Of a DNA stretch of 64,000 bases, positions 10,831 through 23,263 are shown piece by piece. The translations under genes and the position numbers were made by a program. The first letter of the stretch is position 1. Each line of letters begins with the position of its first letter. The stretch lies in assembly GCA_913062625.1 (NCBI GenBank), contig CAJXWP010000003.1:5640-69639 (forward strand), read 5' to 3'. The stretch is from an uncultured Haliea sp. (GTDB lineage: Bacteria > Pseudomonadota > Gammaproteobacteria > Pseudomonadales > Halieaceae). A model generated the notes under the pieces. The model was not told where the DNA came from. It searched no databases and saw nothing but the letters and a program-made list of their open reading frames with translations.

Positions 10831-12351
10831 ATGCGCTCAGAACCCGGCACCAGCCTAAACCCTCTATTCGTCCTGGTGTCTGCTCTATCAGCCGGAGCTC
10901 TGGTCACCCTATCACTGTCACCCTTCGATATCTGGCCGGCGGGCATTGTAAGTTGTGCCATTTATGCCTACCTACTGTGCGCCTGCAGCGCCCGGCAGGG
11001 ACTTTGGCGCGGCTGGCTCTTCGGCCTAGGCATGTTCGGTACCGGCATTTCTTGGATCTACGTCAGCATCCACGTCCACGGCCACGCCAGCATTGTTTTA
11101 GCGGCGGGATTAACCGCTTTGTTTTGTGCCGCACTGGCACTCCTACATGCACTGTTCGCGTGGTGCTATGTGCAGTTTATCCGGCCCCTGCCAGGCGGCA
11201 TGCTGGTGGGGTTTCCGGCACTGTGGGTACTCTTTGAATGGCTTCGCGATTGGCTGCTCACGGGCTTCCCTTGGCTCTATCTCGGCTACGCTCATGCTGA
11301 AACCTGGTTATCCGGGTGGGCACCTATAACTGGCGTGTTCGGACTATCGTTCATTTGCGCCCTCTCAGGTACCTGCCTTTTTCTTGCATGGCGCAGCCGA
11401 AAATTAATCACGTGTACCACCTATGCCGTCATAATGGTCACTGTCTGGGGCGGCGGAGCCATTCTCAAACCGACGCAGTGGGTCGCTAAAGCCAGTGAAA
11501 ACGCGCTTTCAGTGGCTATCGTCCAGCCCAATGTTTTGCAGGAGAACAAATGGGACCCGCAGTGGTACCAACCCATCCTGAACCAGTTAAGTGAAGCCAC
11601 CGACCCAGTATTGGGACACGACATTGTTATCTGGCCTGAGTCGGCAGTCCCCAACTACTATCAGCGAGCGCAGGACTTCCTCGGTCCTCTTGCACGCCGT
11701 GCAGCGGATGCCAACACTACTCTGATCACTGGCATTCCGTTTCGTGCGGCAGGCAGTAACACCTACTACAACAGCATCGCTGCACTGGGCTATGGCGAAG
11801 GCATCTATCACAAGCAGCGATTGGTGCCCTTCGGAGAATATGTCCCACTGGAAGACCAGTTACGCGGTCTGATCGACTTTTTTGATTTACCCATGTCTGC
11901 CTTCAGCTCGGGACCGCAAGAGCAACAGCCCCTGCGAGCAGCAGGCTATCGTATTGCGCCTTTTATTTGCTATGAAATAGTCTACGGAGGCCTTGTCGCC
12001 AAGAGCGCTCGTGATGCAGACCTGTTAGTGACGATAAGCAACGACAGCTGGTTTGGTGACTCCATCGGCCCCTGGCAACATCTACAGATTGCCCAGATGC
12101 GGGGGCGTGAGAATGGACGATTTGTACTCCGAGCGACGAATAATGGCATCTCCGCTATTATTGATCACCAAGGACACATCGTAAAACGTACTGAGCAATT
12201 CGTAGCCACCACGCTTACGGGAGAGGCGGAAGTGATGCTGGGCAACACGCCTTTTAGCAGTTTTGGCAACACTCCCATAATCGCGGGCTGCTTCATCAGC
12301 CTGCTACTCATGGTGCTTATGTACCTTGGGTTCTGGCGCGATAACGACTAG
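10831..12351 (+). CDS. lnt: Apolipoprotein N-acyltransferase
   Basis: TGFPWL, IWPESA, KQRLVPFGEY, ICYEI, SNDSWFG, RATNNGIS. Confidence 0.96.
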   Translation: MRSEPGTSLNPLFVLVSALSAGALVTLSLSPFDIWPAGIVSCAIYAYLLCACSARQGLWRGWLFGLGMFGTGISWIYVSIHVHGHASIVLAAGLTALFCAALALLHALFAWCYVQFIRPLPGGMLVGFPALWVLFEWLRDWLLTGFPWLYLGYAHAETWLSGWAPITGVFGLSFICALSGTCLFLAWRSRKLITCTTYAVIMVTVWGGGAILKPTQWVAKASENALSVAIVQPNVLQENKWDPQWYQPILNQLSEATDPVLGHDIVIWPESAVPNYYQRAQDFLGPLARRAADANTTLITGIPFRAAGSNTYYNSIAALGYGEGIYHKQRLVPFGEYVPLEDQLRGLIDFFDLPMSAFSSGPQEQQPLRAAGYRIAPFICYEIVYGGLVAKSARDADLLVTISNDSWFGDSIGPWQHLQIAQMRGRENGRFVLRATNNGISAIIDHQGHIVKRTEQFVATTLTGEAEVMLGNTPFSSFGNTPIIAGCFISLLLMVLMYLGFWRDND

Positions 12352-12575
12352 TGCACTGCGCTCCACGCGCAATTTAATCTTCTTGAGGGCGTGTCTTTAT
12401 TGGCCAGCTTCGCCGCGGCCGCCGATGTCGCCACGAATAAGAAGCTTATCGCCAGACCCTTCGCAGACAACCGCAATAACTGCTAGAATCTACGCTTAAT
12501 TTTCGCTCGCAGTGGCCCCATAAGAGACTGTAATTCGCTCGTTTTCTCACCTAATACCAAGGACGCTCCGCGTAA

Positions 12576-15029
<2,454 letters not shown>

Positions 15030-15038
15030 CCCTTAACA

Positions 15039-15617
15039 ATGAGACTCATCATGTACAGTCGGCTTAGCCAATACAGCGTAACCTTAGTCATGACTTGTCT
15101 GCTTGCTGCCTGCGGATTCCAGCTGCGTGGCGTTGGCAGCTCGGCGGTACCTGAAGTATGGAAAAATATGTATCTGGCCACTGACAGTCCAAACAGTGAC
15201 TTCAGCCGGGACGTGGTGTCACAGCTTGACGCCAATGATGTGCAGTGGACCGATCGTGAGAACGCGACTTTTATCCTCGTGCTGAGTCCAGAGCTCTTTA
15301 AACAGCGCAACCTCTCTCTCAACTCGCAGGCTCGGGTCGCTGAACTCGAACTTACCATGAGCTCGCAATTTACGATAATCGATGCTCGCAGCGAAGTGAT
15401 TATGCCTCTAACCACGGTGTTGGTCGTCAAGCAGATGGAGAATAACCCGCGTAATGAGGTCGGCAATGCCTCTGAGATTCGACTGATTCAGGGCGAAATG
15501 CGCAGCGAACTAGCCGCAACGATCATGCGACGAATTAGTTTTTATGCTGCCAGTTTCCAGTACTCTGCAGCAGCCTCACTTCCAACAACAACACCAGCCG
15601 ATTCCCCGGCGCAATAG
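15039..15617 (+). CDS. lptE: LPS assembly lipoprotein LptE
   Basis: Lipobox LLAACGFQLRG; located between leuS and holA. Confidence 0.9.
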   Translation: MRLIMYSRLSQYSVTLVMTCLLAACGFQLRGVGSSAVPEVWKNMYLATDSPNSDFSRDVVSQLDANDVQWTDRENATFILVLSPELFKQRNLSLNSQARVAELELTMSSQFTIIDARSEVIMPLTTVLVVKQMENNPRNEVGNASEIRLIQGEMRSELAATIMRRISFYAASFQYSAAASLPTTTPADSPAQ

Positions 15618-15623
15618 TCAGCA

Positions 15624-16634
15624 ATGCGCCTGTACCCCGATAAACTGGCCGACCATCTTCAGCAAAAACTTCTCCCTGTTTATCTGGTCAGTGGCGATGA
15701 GCCCCTGCTATTGCAGGAGTGTTGTGACCAGATTCGCCAGAAAGCACGGATAGAAAATTGTAACGAACGTGAGATTATCGAAGGGGGTATCTCCAGTTTC
15801 AACTGGCAGGATATCCTGCATAGCGCTTCCAACATGTCACTGTTTGCCGATCGGAAGCTGATTGAGCTGCGTCTGCCCAGTGGCAAGCCAGGAGCCGAAG
15901 GCAGCAAAGCCCTCTGCGAATATCTAGAAAGGGCCAGTGCCGACGATGTACTGCTGATTGTGTCAGGGAAAATTGACAAACAATCCACCAATAGCAAGTG
16001 GTACAAGGCTCTCGACAAAGCAGGTGTCACTGTCCAAGTATGGCCGGTAGATGCCAAAAATCTGCCTCGGTGGCTGCAGCAAAGAGTCCGCAACGCTGGC
16101 ATGAGTATCGATGACGATGCCCTGCGATTGCTGTGTGAGCGGATGGAGGGCAACCTGTTAGCCGCAGTACAGGAAGTTGAAAAACTGAAACTGTTGGCAG
16201 CAGATTCTAAAATCACGATGCAAACGGTCACTGAAGCGGTGTCTGACAATGCTCGCTACAACCTGTTCGACATGGCCGATAACGCTCTAAAAGGCAACGC
16301 CAGCGGCAGCCTGCGAATGCTACATGGCCTTCGCGCAGAGGGCGCGGAGCCTCCAGTAGTATTATGGGCCTTAGCTCGGGAAATTCGGACTCTTTACGAA
16401 GCACAACTGGATTGCGATAGGGGTCAAAGCGCACAGCAGGCGCTCAGTTCTCGGCGCGTATGGCAAAATCGCATGCCATTCATGCAGGCCGCGCTAAAGC
16501 GCCACAACACGTCCTCCTTATCCTTGCTGCTGGAGCAGGCGGCCCAGGTTGACGGCAGTATCAAGGGTTTTGCTGAGGGCAAACCCTGGGATAACCTCTC
16601 ACGTCTCGTCCTGACGCTATGCCGAGCTTATTAA
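15624..16634 (+). CDS. holA: DNA polymerase III delta subunit
   Basis: YLVSGDEPLL, SLFADRKLIEL, EGNLLAAVQEVEKL. Confidence 0.96.
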   Translation: MRLYPDKLADHLQQKLLPVYLVSGDEPLLLQECCDQIRQKARIENCNEREIIEGGISSFNWQDILHSASNMSLFADRKLIELRLPSGKPGAEGSKALCEYLERASADDVLLIVSGKIDKQSTNSKWYKALDKAGVTVQVWPVDAKNLPRWLQQRVRNAGMSIDDDALRLLCERMEGNLLAAVQEVEKLKLLAADSKITMQTVTEAVSDNARYNLFDMADNALKGNASGSLRMLHGLRAEGAEPPVVLWALAREIRTLYEAQLDCDRGQSAQQALSSRRVWQNRMPFMQAALKRHNTSSLSLLLEQAAQVDGSIKGFAEGKPWDNLSRLVLTLCRAY

Positions 16635-16719
16635 GTATTCGCTTGTTTTCTGGCATGTTGTAGAGTCCGACAGTTCTCGACACCGTCATTCATAGCTTGC
16701 ATTCTGTCTTTTTCAATAC

Positions 16720-16739
16720 TACTGTACGTATATACAGTT
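16720..16739. promoter_or_regulatory. LexA (SOS) box upstream of imuA
   Basis: TACTGTACGTATATACAGTT matches CTGT-N8-ACAG (core 16722-16737). Confidence 0.9.
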
Positions 16740-16772
16740 TTTATGGGAAAGATAACTCCGAGGTACAGAACT

Positions 16773-17501
16773 ATGAATGCAATGCTAGAACAGATTATTA
16801 ATCGCAACGACACCTGGCGTGGGCGCCACCGCCACTTTCAGGATCAAAATATTTCAGCGAATAGCGATTGCAACGATTCTTCGGGTCTTGCTTCTGGCCA
16901 TACAGCACTGGATGCACAATTGCAGCAGGGGGGCTGGCCTCTGGACAGCACCATTGAACTGTTAAGCGACGGCTGCGGACTCGGTGCTATGGGTTTATTC
17001 CTGCCCGCCATGGAGCGCCTTAGCGATCAAGGCCGCTGGCAAGTATTTATCGCTCCACCCTACATACCCTACGCGCCACTTTTGGCCGCCCGAGGTATCG
17101 ATACACAACAGATTTTGATGGTCCATCCCAAGAATCGTAAGGAGCGGCTATGGGCGACCGAACAAGCTCTGCGCAGCACTACCTGCAGCGCCGTATTCAG
17201 CTGGCTAGGCGCGCAGGACTATAGTTACAGCGAACTGCGCAAACTACAACTAGCGGCCGCCAGCGGAGACAGCCTAGCCGTACTGTTTCGCCCCAACCAG
17301 GCACACCACAACAGTGCTCCCTCCAGCCTGCGCATGCAGATGCGTGAATACCGCAAAGTACATATCCTCAAGCAACGTGGCGGCAACCAATCCATTGATG
17401 TGGATTTATCCCCCGCAGCAGATGAGCCACTACAACCACAACTGTGGGAATTACCGGTCTGGACAGCGAGTAGCCAACACAGCTCTGCAATGAGCCTATA
17501 G
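16773..17501 (+). CDS. imuA: Translesion-synthesis protein ImuA
   Basis: GHTALDAQLQQGGWP, IAPPYIPYAP, LWATEQALRS, LRKLQLAA; SOS box upstream; ATG 16773 follows GAGG. Confidence 0.92.
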   Translation: MNAMLEQIINRNDTWRGRHRHFQDQNISANSDCNDSSGLASGHTALDAQLQQGGWPLDSTIELLSDGCGLGAMGLFLPAMERLSDQGRWQVFIAPPYIPYAPLLAARGIDTQQILMVHPKNRKERLWATEQALRSTTCSAVFSWLGAQDYSYSELRKLQLAAASGDSLAVLFRPNQAHHNSAPSSLRMQMREYRKVHILKQRGGNQSIDVDLSPAADEPLQPQLWELPVWTASSQHSSAMSL

Positions 17502-17608
17502 CCTGTGGCGACTTTGTTGCTCACGCACGCATTTTTATCGGCCCGCTATAGAAGCTGCAGGTTTCCTCATCACAGTCATCCCCACTGACCTGTCAGAGAA
17601 CGCGCGTA

Positions 17609-17914
17609 CTATTGTCCCGCAATGAGATTGGAGCGAATCTGAAATTCAATGACTTCGTCATTATAAACTTGAGAAAAATCTTCCAGTGTCGCGATCAAAA
17701 TCAGGTGCTGCTCAGGACTCATCACGCTGCATCCTATATAGGCCTCCGCACGCAGTAGGTATTTTTCCGCCGCCAGCTGGCCCCTGTACATTGCTTCATC
17801 GCTCGCGACTGCGCCATCAGGCAACACTGGCAATTCTCCCGGCCTGTTAACAGGACAGCCAGCAGAGGCATTGAATGCCAGACAGATCAGGACAGTCATT
17901 AATAACATTTTCAT
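17609..17914 (-). CDS. Small secreted hypothetical protein
   Basis: Signal peptide MKMLLMTVLICLAFNASA, then C-x-P...LPDGAVAS...YIGC; RBS-like GGGAG upstream. Confidence 0.75.
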   Translation of the reverse strand: MKMLLMTVLICLAFNASAGCPVNRPGELPVLPDGAVASDEAMYRGQLAAEKYLLRAEAYIGCSVMSPEQHLILIATLEDFSQVYNDEVIEFQIRSNLIAGQ

Positions 17915-18177
17915 CAGCAGATCTCCCGCTTGTAACTTTAAGTAACATTATTCAAAAAATATGTTACCACTATCTACCCATCTCATGGCTTCTGCAACCC
18001 TAACCTACACATTATTCATTGAATATGTCTCACAAATACTGGCCTAAAAAGTGATCCGAAGTCTTACTCCGCGCAATAATTTGTGTCATAAGGTAACAAA
18101 ATAAGAAAAAAGAGGCGTATCGGACACCACAAAAGGACCCCTTCGCTGACGCTGGACAGAGAAATAGATGCTAATAA

Positions 18178-18197
18178 TACTGTATATTTATACAGTA
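18178..18197. promoter_or_regulatory. LexA (SOS) box upstream of imuB
   Basis: TACTGTATATTTATACAGTA, inside a 30-bp inverted repeat at 18173-18202 (14-bp arms, TT centre). Confidence 0.92.
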
Positions 18198-18258
18198 TTA
18201 TTGATATTATAGCGGCCTTATCTTCGCCGGTTACAGGCCACTACTCGAGAACAAAATT

Positions 18259-19686
18259 GTGAGCCTTTGGCTGTGCCTGCGCTTTGACCAGCTCCCTCTG
18301 CAATGTCTGAGCCACTGTGAACAACAGCCAGTGGCTGTCATGGCCGCACAGCGCGTTATTCGTATCAATGACTGTGCCGCCGCCCTGGGAATATGCCAAG
18401 GCATGGGTGCTGCAACGGTACGGGCACTCGCCGGTGAAGAACCGATCCGCTTGCTGGAGCGCGACAAACAGGCGGAACAACGCTGCCTGCAACAACTATG
18501 CTGCTGGGCTTATAGCATCACTCCTACTCTCTATTCCTGGCAATTCGATTGTCTGCAGCTGGAAATCGGAGGCTGCCTCAGTTTGTTTCAAGGACTGGAT
18601 ACTCTGCTAGCAGAAGTAGCCGACGGCATCAGCAGCCGTGGCTATTGCGCACATCACGGACTGGCGCCGACGCCCAAAGCTGCCTGGCTACTGTCTTTTG
18701 CTCCCAGCGTCACGGCCATGGCAATACAGCAACCACTGGAGCAACGGCTGAGCCCCCTACCCCTCAATCTCCTAAAAGAATTCGCTGCCACCGTAGACTC
18801 TTTACGTCGGGCAGGCCTGCACACAGTGGGTGACGTGCTCGCACTACCACCTGCGGCACTGGGTCGGCGCTGCGGCAAAGCGTTTACCCATTTTCTACAA
18901 CAGCTTCTGGGGCAGCGAGAAGACTTACAGACAGACTATAAACCCCCCTCAAACTTCAACGACGAATACTGGTTTGGCTATGAAGTAAAAACTAATGATG
19001 AGTTAATCCCCGCTGTGCAACAACTGCTGCAGTCATTGTGTTATTTTCTGCGCAACACCCAACTGCAGACCAGCGAAATTAACTGGCAGCTAATCGGCAG
19101 TGATAAAAAACTGCAGAATATCTATGTGCGCAGTGCCAACAGCCACAGTGACTGGAAAAACTGGTACCAACTCACCTGCCTCCGCTTTGAACAACTGCAT
19201 TTGACCAGCGGCGTAGAAGGCCTGGCACTGGCCTGCCCGCAACTGCAACCTGGGCAGCAGGAAAGTATCGATCTGTTCAGCCCACACAACCAGCGTGAAC
19301 CTCTGGCGGCTCTGCTGGACAGGCTGCGCAACCGGCTGGGATTACAAGCCGTTAAAAAACTCGGCTGTCGAGACGAGCACCTACCGGAGCTTGCCATGTT
19401 GGTCAGCAACGACCACCCCGGGAATGAACACCGCGCCAGCCAACACTGCGCCCAGCGCCCCTTCTGGCTAATGCCGCAACCCAAAAAATTACGCCACCAC
19501 GGCAAAAATTTATACTGGAACGATGCCCTGAGCATGGTGTGCGGACCGGAACGAATTGAGGACAACTGGTGGCAAGAACCGGTAAGCAGGGATTACTACA
19601 TCGCGACAGATAAAAGCAACCAACGCTACTGGGTGTTTCGTGACCGCCTGACACAGCAATGGTATGTCCACGGAGTTTTTGCCTGA
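18259..19686 (+). CDS. imuB: Y-family polymerase-like ImuB
   Basis: LWLCLRFDQLPL, QLCCWAYSITP, LRRAGLHTVGD, RPFWL, C-terminal GPERIEDNWW...RDYY...WYVHGVFA. Confidence 0.93.
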   Translation: MSLWLCLRFDQLPLQCLSHCEQQPVAVMAAQRVIRINDCAAALGICQGMGAATVRALAGEEPIRLLERDKQAEQRCLQQLCCWAYSITPTLYSWQFDCLQLEIGGCLSLFQGLDTLLAEVADGISSRGYCAHHGLAPTPKAAWLLSFAPSVTAMAIQQPLEQRLSPLPLNLLKEFAATVDSLRRAGLHTVGDVLALPPAALGRRCGKAFTHFLQQLLGQREDLQTDYKPPSNFNDEYWFGYEVKTNDELIPAVQQLLQSLCYFLRNTQLQTSEINWQLIGSDKKLQNIYVRSANSHSDWKNWYQLTCLRFEQLHLTSGVEGLALACPQLQPGQQESIDLFSPHNQREPLAALLDRLRNRLGLQAVKKLGCRDEHLPELAMLVSNDHPGNEHRASQHCAQRPFWLMPQPKKLRHHGKNLYWNDALSMVCGPERIEDNWWQEPVSRDYYIATDKSNQRYWVFRDRLTQQWYVHGVFA

Positions 19687-19710
19687 AAGCGAGCGCGCTG
19701 TATCATGCGA

Positions 19711-20733
19711 TCAGTCAAACAACACAACCTCCTCAAACCGAGGCAGCACACTAAAGTGTAATTCAGGATTGTCGGCTGCCTTGTCATGCAGAAATAACAG
19801 GGTCTCTTCCTGCCCCCCAGAAATGAGAGCCACTGCCTGGACTGGCCCCCTAAACGGTCCTTCCGCCGACCCTGTGAGACTATCGAAATGAATGGGGATA
19901 ATATGCGTGGGTGCAGTGGCGTCCACTGTCTCGCGCCAGAACGTCTCGCGGTAATCCGCTGTTTGCGACCCCAAACCACCGACGCCAAGGAAGACAATAT
20001 CCGCGTCTAGACCCTGCAATGCGCCCTCCACATAACCCGCACTACCGACTATCAACCAACTTCCCTTGGGGTGACTGACATGCAGCACCCACGCGGTACC
20101 CACGCGGTAATCAAACACACGTACCGGCGGCACCAAAGGCACGGTAAGCTCTGGATTTCCTAGCGCACGCTCACGAATCGCCGGGTCGGGAAACTCAAAA
20201 TGTCGAGATTCAATCGGCGTAATCAAAAACTTCCCCAACTGCACAGGCTCGCGGTCTACCAAGACCTGTATCTGCGACTCGGGCAACCCCCATCCACGTC
20301 CAATATTGGCCGTGGACTCCGACCCTAGTAGTAACGCGCCAGTGCGCCTGGCAACCTCTGGCGCATCCATAGCGTGGTCATAATGAGAGTGCACCGGCAA
20401 CACCGCCGCCAATTCAACAACATGATTCTCCGTTAGACCCCGCTCTATGTTCGACAGATCTGGCGCAATTTTTCCCAATAACAAACGCAGGGGACCGGGA
20501 CGACTAAACCACCCATCAGTCATCCACTGTGTCTCGCCATCACTAAACAGCAAGGTCGCTGTGCCGCTAAAGCGCACCGTCACTGCATCCTCCGGTATAG
20601 AGTCGGCACCTAACACTGCCCACTCAGGCTCCACCGGTACCGGCGTGTAAATATTCAGGGCATAGACCAGAAACAGTGCCGAGAACAGAAAAACCAACAA
20701 TAACAGTGCAAGAACGCCACGCCGCAAGCTCAT
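19711..20733 (-). CDS. MBL-fold metallo-hydrolase, membrane-anchored
   Basis: N-terminal TM segment, DGWFSRP, HSHYDHAMD. Confidence 0.85.
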   Translation of the reverse strand: MSLRRGVLALLLLVFLFSALFLVYALNIYTPVPVEPEWAVLGADSIPEDAVTVRFSGTATLLFSDGETQWMTDGWFSRPGPLRLLLGKIAPDLSNIERGLTENHVVELAAVLPVHSHYDHAMDAPEVARRTGALLLGSESTANIGRGWGLPESQIQVLVDREPVQLGKFLITPIESRHFEFPDPAIRERALGNPELTVPLVPPVRVFDYRVGTAWVLHVSHPKGSWLIVGSAGYVEGALQGLDADIVFLGVGGLGSQTADYRETFWRETVDATAPTHIIPIHFDSLTGSAEGPFRGPVQAVALISGGQEETLLFLHDKAADNPELHFSVLPRFEEVVLFD

Positions 20734-20842
20734 AAAAAATACTCTAATTAATGCATTGGGGGGCAAGTTGCCGCAGCGCAGACAGCATGCCAATCAGATC
20801 GGGGACATCTATTAACCCTTCGTTTAATCAACGGGCTCAGTA

Positions 20843-21103
20843 CTACTTGAGAAACTGTGTCGGCTTTTCAATTTCATAAATTGCCTCAGCGATGTTTTCC
20901 ATGCGGCTTGCCAAGATTCCTTGGGCGTCATACAGACCCCGATTGTAAAAATAGGCTCCAATTTCCTCGGCAAAAAAATCTAACAGGAAACCAGCCTCGA
21001 ACTGGCCCACTTCCTGGTCGAGCTCCTCGTGCAAATAAAGCTGTATCTTGCGACAAATAATATCGCGTTCTTCACTTTTAAATGTAATTTCTGACATGGG
21101 CAT
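20843..21103 (-). CDS. DUF2164 family protein
   Basis: ELDQEVGQFEAGFLLDFFAEEIGAYFYNRGLYDA. Confidence 0.85.
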   Translation of the reverse strand: MPMSEITFKSEERDIICRKIQLYLHEELDQEVGQFEAGFLLDFFAEEIGAYFYNRGLYDAQGILASRMENIAEAIYEIEKPTQFLK

Positions 21104-21677
21104 CCTTGTAATAGATAAGTACTAAAAATTCGTTCTATGCTGTCCTGTATAAATTTTTATACCCGTGTTATCGCATTATTTTTTTCACTTTTTCTCATCT
21201 TTTTCTCTGCCATGTTGCAGCCAAAAAGCTCGCAGCGCCCTGATTGCTAGCCCGTTGTCTTCTCGCGATCTCAAGATTAACTCGCATACGATACGAACGA
21301 CAGATTGGCGATCATACACTTCTTTGCTTTGGAGCCTCTGATAAGGTCCTAATAGACGGAGATAGTGGCTAGCCCGCAGTCCTTGCAGACTAGAAGGACC
21401 TCAAGGCTTGTATAGTCGACCGCAGCAGCGTTCACATCTATAATTTTACAGGCAGCACCTACTGTGTTGGTGGGATACAACGAGCTCATTGCCGACTACT
21501 GCAAGGCCTCACAAAATCGTCTAGAACTTCGAGGTGAACTTCTCACTCTCAGGGCCCGACATATTTCATCAGAGACCTTAAAACGTGTACTGATGTAGGC
21601 TGCTGATCATTTTTTCTCTAGATAGTCTGCCACGTTTTTGCCATATTGTAGCATCAAGCTTCACAGCCAGCGTCTAC

Positions 21678-22925
21678 TCATGACTCTTTTTCAACCTGAT
21701 AGCTTTGCATATAAGCTTCAGCTTGCTTCTCTAGCGTTTCAGTATTCATGCCCCAGTCCTCTGGCAAGTACCGGTGTTTCCCATGCTTCCCTTTCGGCTT
21801 CTGAGCTAAATATTCTGTGATGGCATGCCGGTAATCTTGACTAAAGGGCTTTCCTGATTGGCGATAAACCCCTTCTAATGCTTTCACCGGGTCGCTCATT
21901 AAATCACTAAAATGTAAGTCGATAAAACGTTCTGGCAGTTCGCCAGCCTGTCTTCTGCGATACACATCCATCATCATGTCATTCCTAGCGTTACCCGCAA
22001 GCTCCAGCAACTGCTCTGAACCCTCTCTGTCACTGCGCATATAACGTGTAGCAGCAAAAGTAGACACGCCAGACGGTACCGTTTTTAGAGGGTCTCTGTG
22101 ATTCAGGATAATCCAAGCGTCAGGGTACATTGAAAATACCAAATCGAGCATTGGCAAATACGTTGGCGTTTTTAGTACCCAGTGCGGCACATTTTTACTG
22201 GCATGTTTTTTTCTATGCTCATACTGCATTAACTGCATAACGACTTTTTGGTATTTCATCGCAGCTTCGGGATCCATTGGGAATGTCTGTACATCATGAA
22301 GCACCCACCAAAGCATCCCGCCAAAGGAGGGTTTTTGAACACCGATACACTCGTCAGGAATGTCCGAACGCAACTCGTGAATGGCGGCCATTTGTGGACA
22401 GACATCCAGCCATAAATCCTGTTCACACTCCGTGAGGCGTAGCAACGTTTCTTCGTCACCCAAGTCATCGGTGGGGTGAAATGCCTTCCATGCGATTGGT
22501 GCTAGTGAGTCTGCATCCTGGCTCAGCAACTCAAGGGTAATGGAGGTGCCCGAGCGTCCTGTTCCCGTAATAATCAATGGCTCGATAATTTCTTCATTCA
22601 CGATTTCGGGCTGATCGGTAATTTTTTTAGTCAGATATAATCGGCTTTGCAAGCACCGTAAAATCTCTTGCCGTACTTGAAGGCGACCCATCACATTTAA
22701 ATCGGCTTCGGCGTCTAGGCTTGCGACCAAGCCTTCTAATCGGCCCCGCCAATCACCGTCAATTCGCTCCCCGAAATCACTTAATCCGGTGACGCGACGA
22801 CTCGCTTCAATCATTGCATTGGGCTCGAGGCTGATCAACTCGGCCGCACCGCCAACGGTATTAGCCATTAGATTAATCCGTTTGACTAAATCTGGACGCG
22901 GGAATCTTTCAGCAAGTGTTTTCAT
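21678..22925 (-). CDS. Sulfotransferase family protein
   Basis: PAPS-binding loop ITGTGRSGTS, WVLKTP, LNHRDP; ATG 22925 preferred. Confidence 0.88.
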   Translation of the reverse strand: MKTLAERFPRPDLVKRINLMANTVGGAAELISLEPNAMIEASRRVTGLSDFGERIDGDWRGRLEGLVASLDAEADLNVMGRLQVRQEILRCLQSRLYLTKKITDQPEIVNEEIIEPLIITGTGRSGTSITLELLSQDADSLAPIAWKAFHPTDDLGDEETLLRLTECEQDLWLDVCPQMAAIHELRSDIPDECIGVQKPSFGGMLWWVLHDVQTFPMDPEAAMKYQKVVMQLMQYEHRKKHASKNVPHWVLKTPTYLPMLDLVFSMYPDAWIILNHRDPLKTVPSGVSTFAATRYMRSDREGSEQLLELAGNARNDMMMDVYRRRQAGELPERFIDLHFSDLMSDPVKALEGVYRQSGKPFSQDYRHAITEYLAQKPKGKHGKHRYLPEDWGMNTETLEKQAEAYMQSYQVEKES

Positions 22926-23263
22926 AGTAGGCACACATTGGGTAAAAAGAAGACAACGCTGTGACCGCGTTGCCAAATGATATTCAAAATATACGGATTA
23001 CGGCCCGTCGTTACCAGAGCAGTCTGTCTAAGTTGACGATTGTTAACAATAACGCCTGTGGGAATCCTCTGGTAATCGCTGTACACCGACACCCAGCGCA
23101 ACATGAACCATCGATTTGCTTAAATAGACGCGTCGGCCATGTTTAGCCGGGACATTAGACTAATAATCTGGTCGCTCTCGGATATTCGTTGCCCAGCACT
23201 TGTTCTTGTTACCCTCGCCGGGCTATAAGCAATGTAATTTGTGATGCACAGCGATGCTAAAGC

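Noticed and set aside
18095-18115. A-rich tract AACAAAATAAGAAAAAAG as a second CrcZ-like RNA
   Set aside because: No correctly spaced sigma54 promoter and no terminator nearby
21145-21164. CTGTATAAATTTTTATACCC as a fourth LexA box
   Set aside because: Half-site spacing is 2 bp too long and the right arm lacks CAG; kept only as an unassigned palindrome
22977-23263. GFA-like remnant (DGSCCAGCRC) between the sulfotransferase and kinase genes
   Set aside because: Cys spacing does not fit and the frame closes quickly; more likely a divergent promoter region
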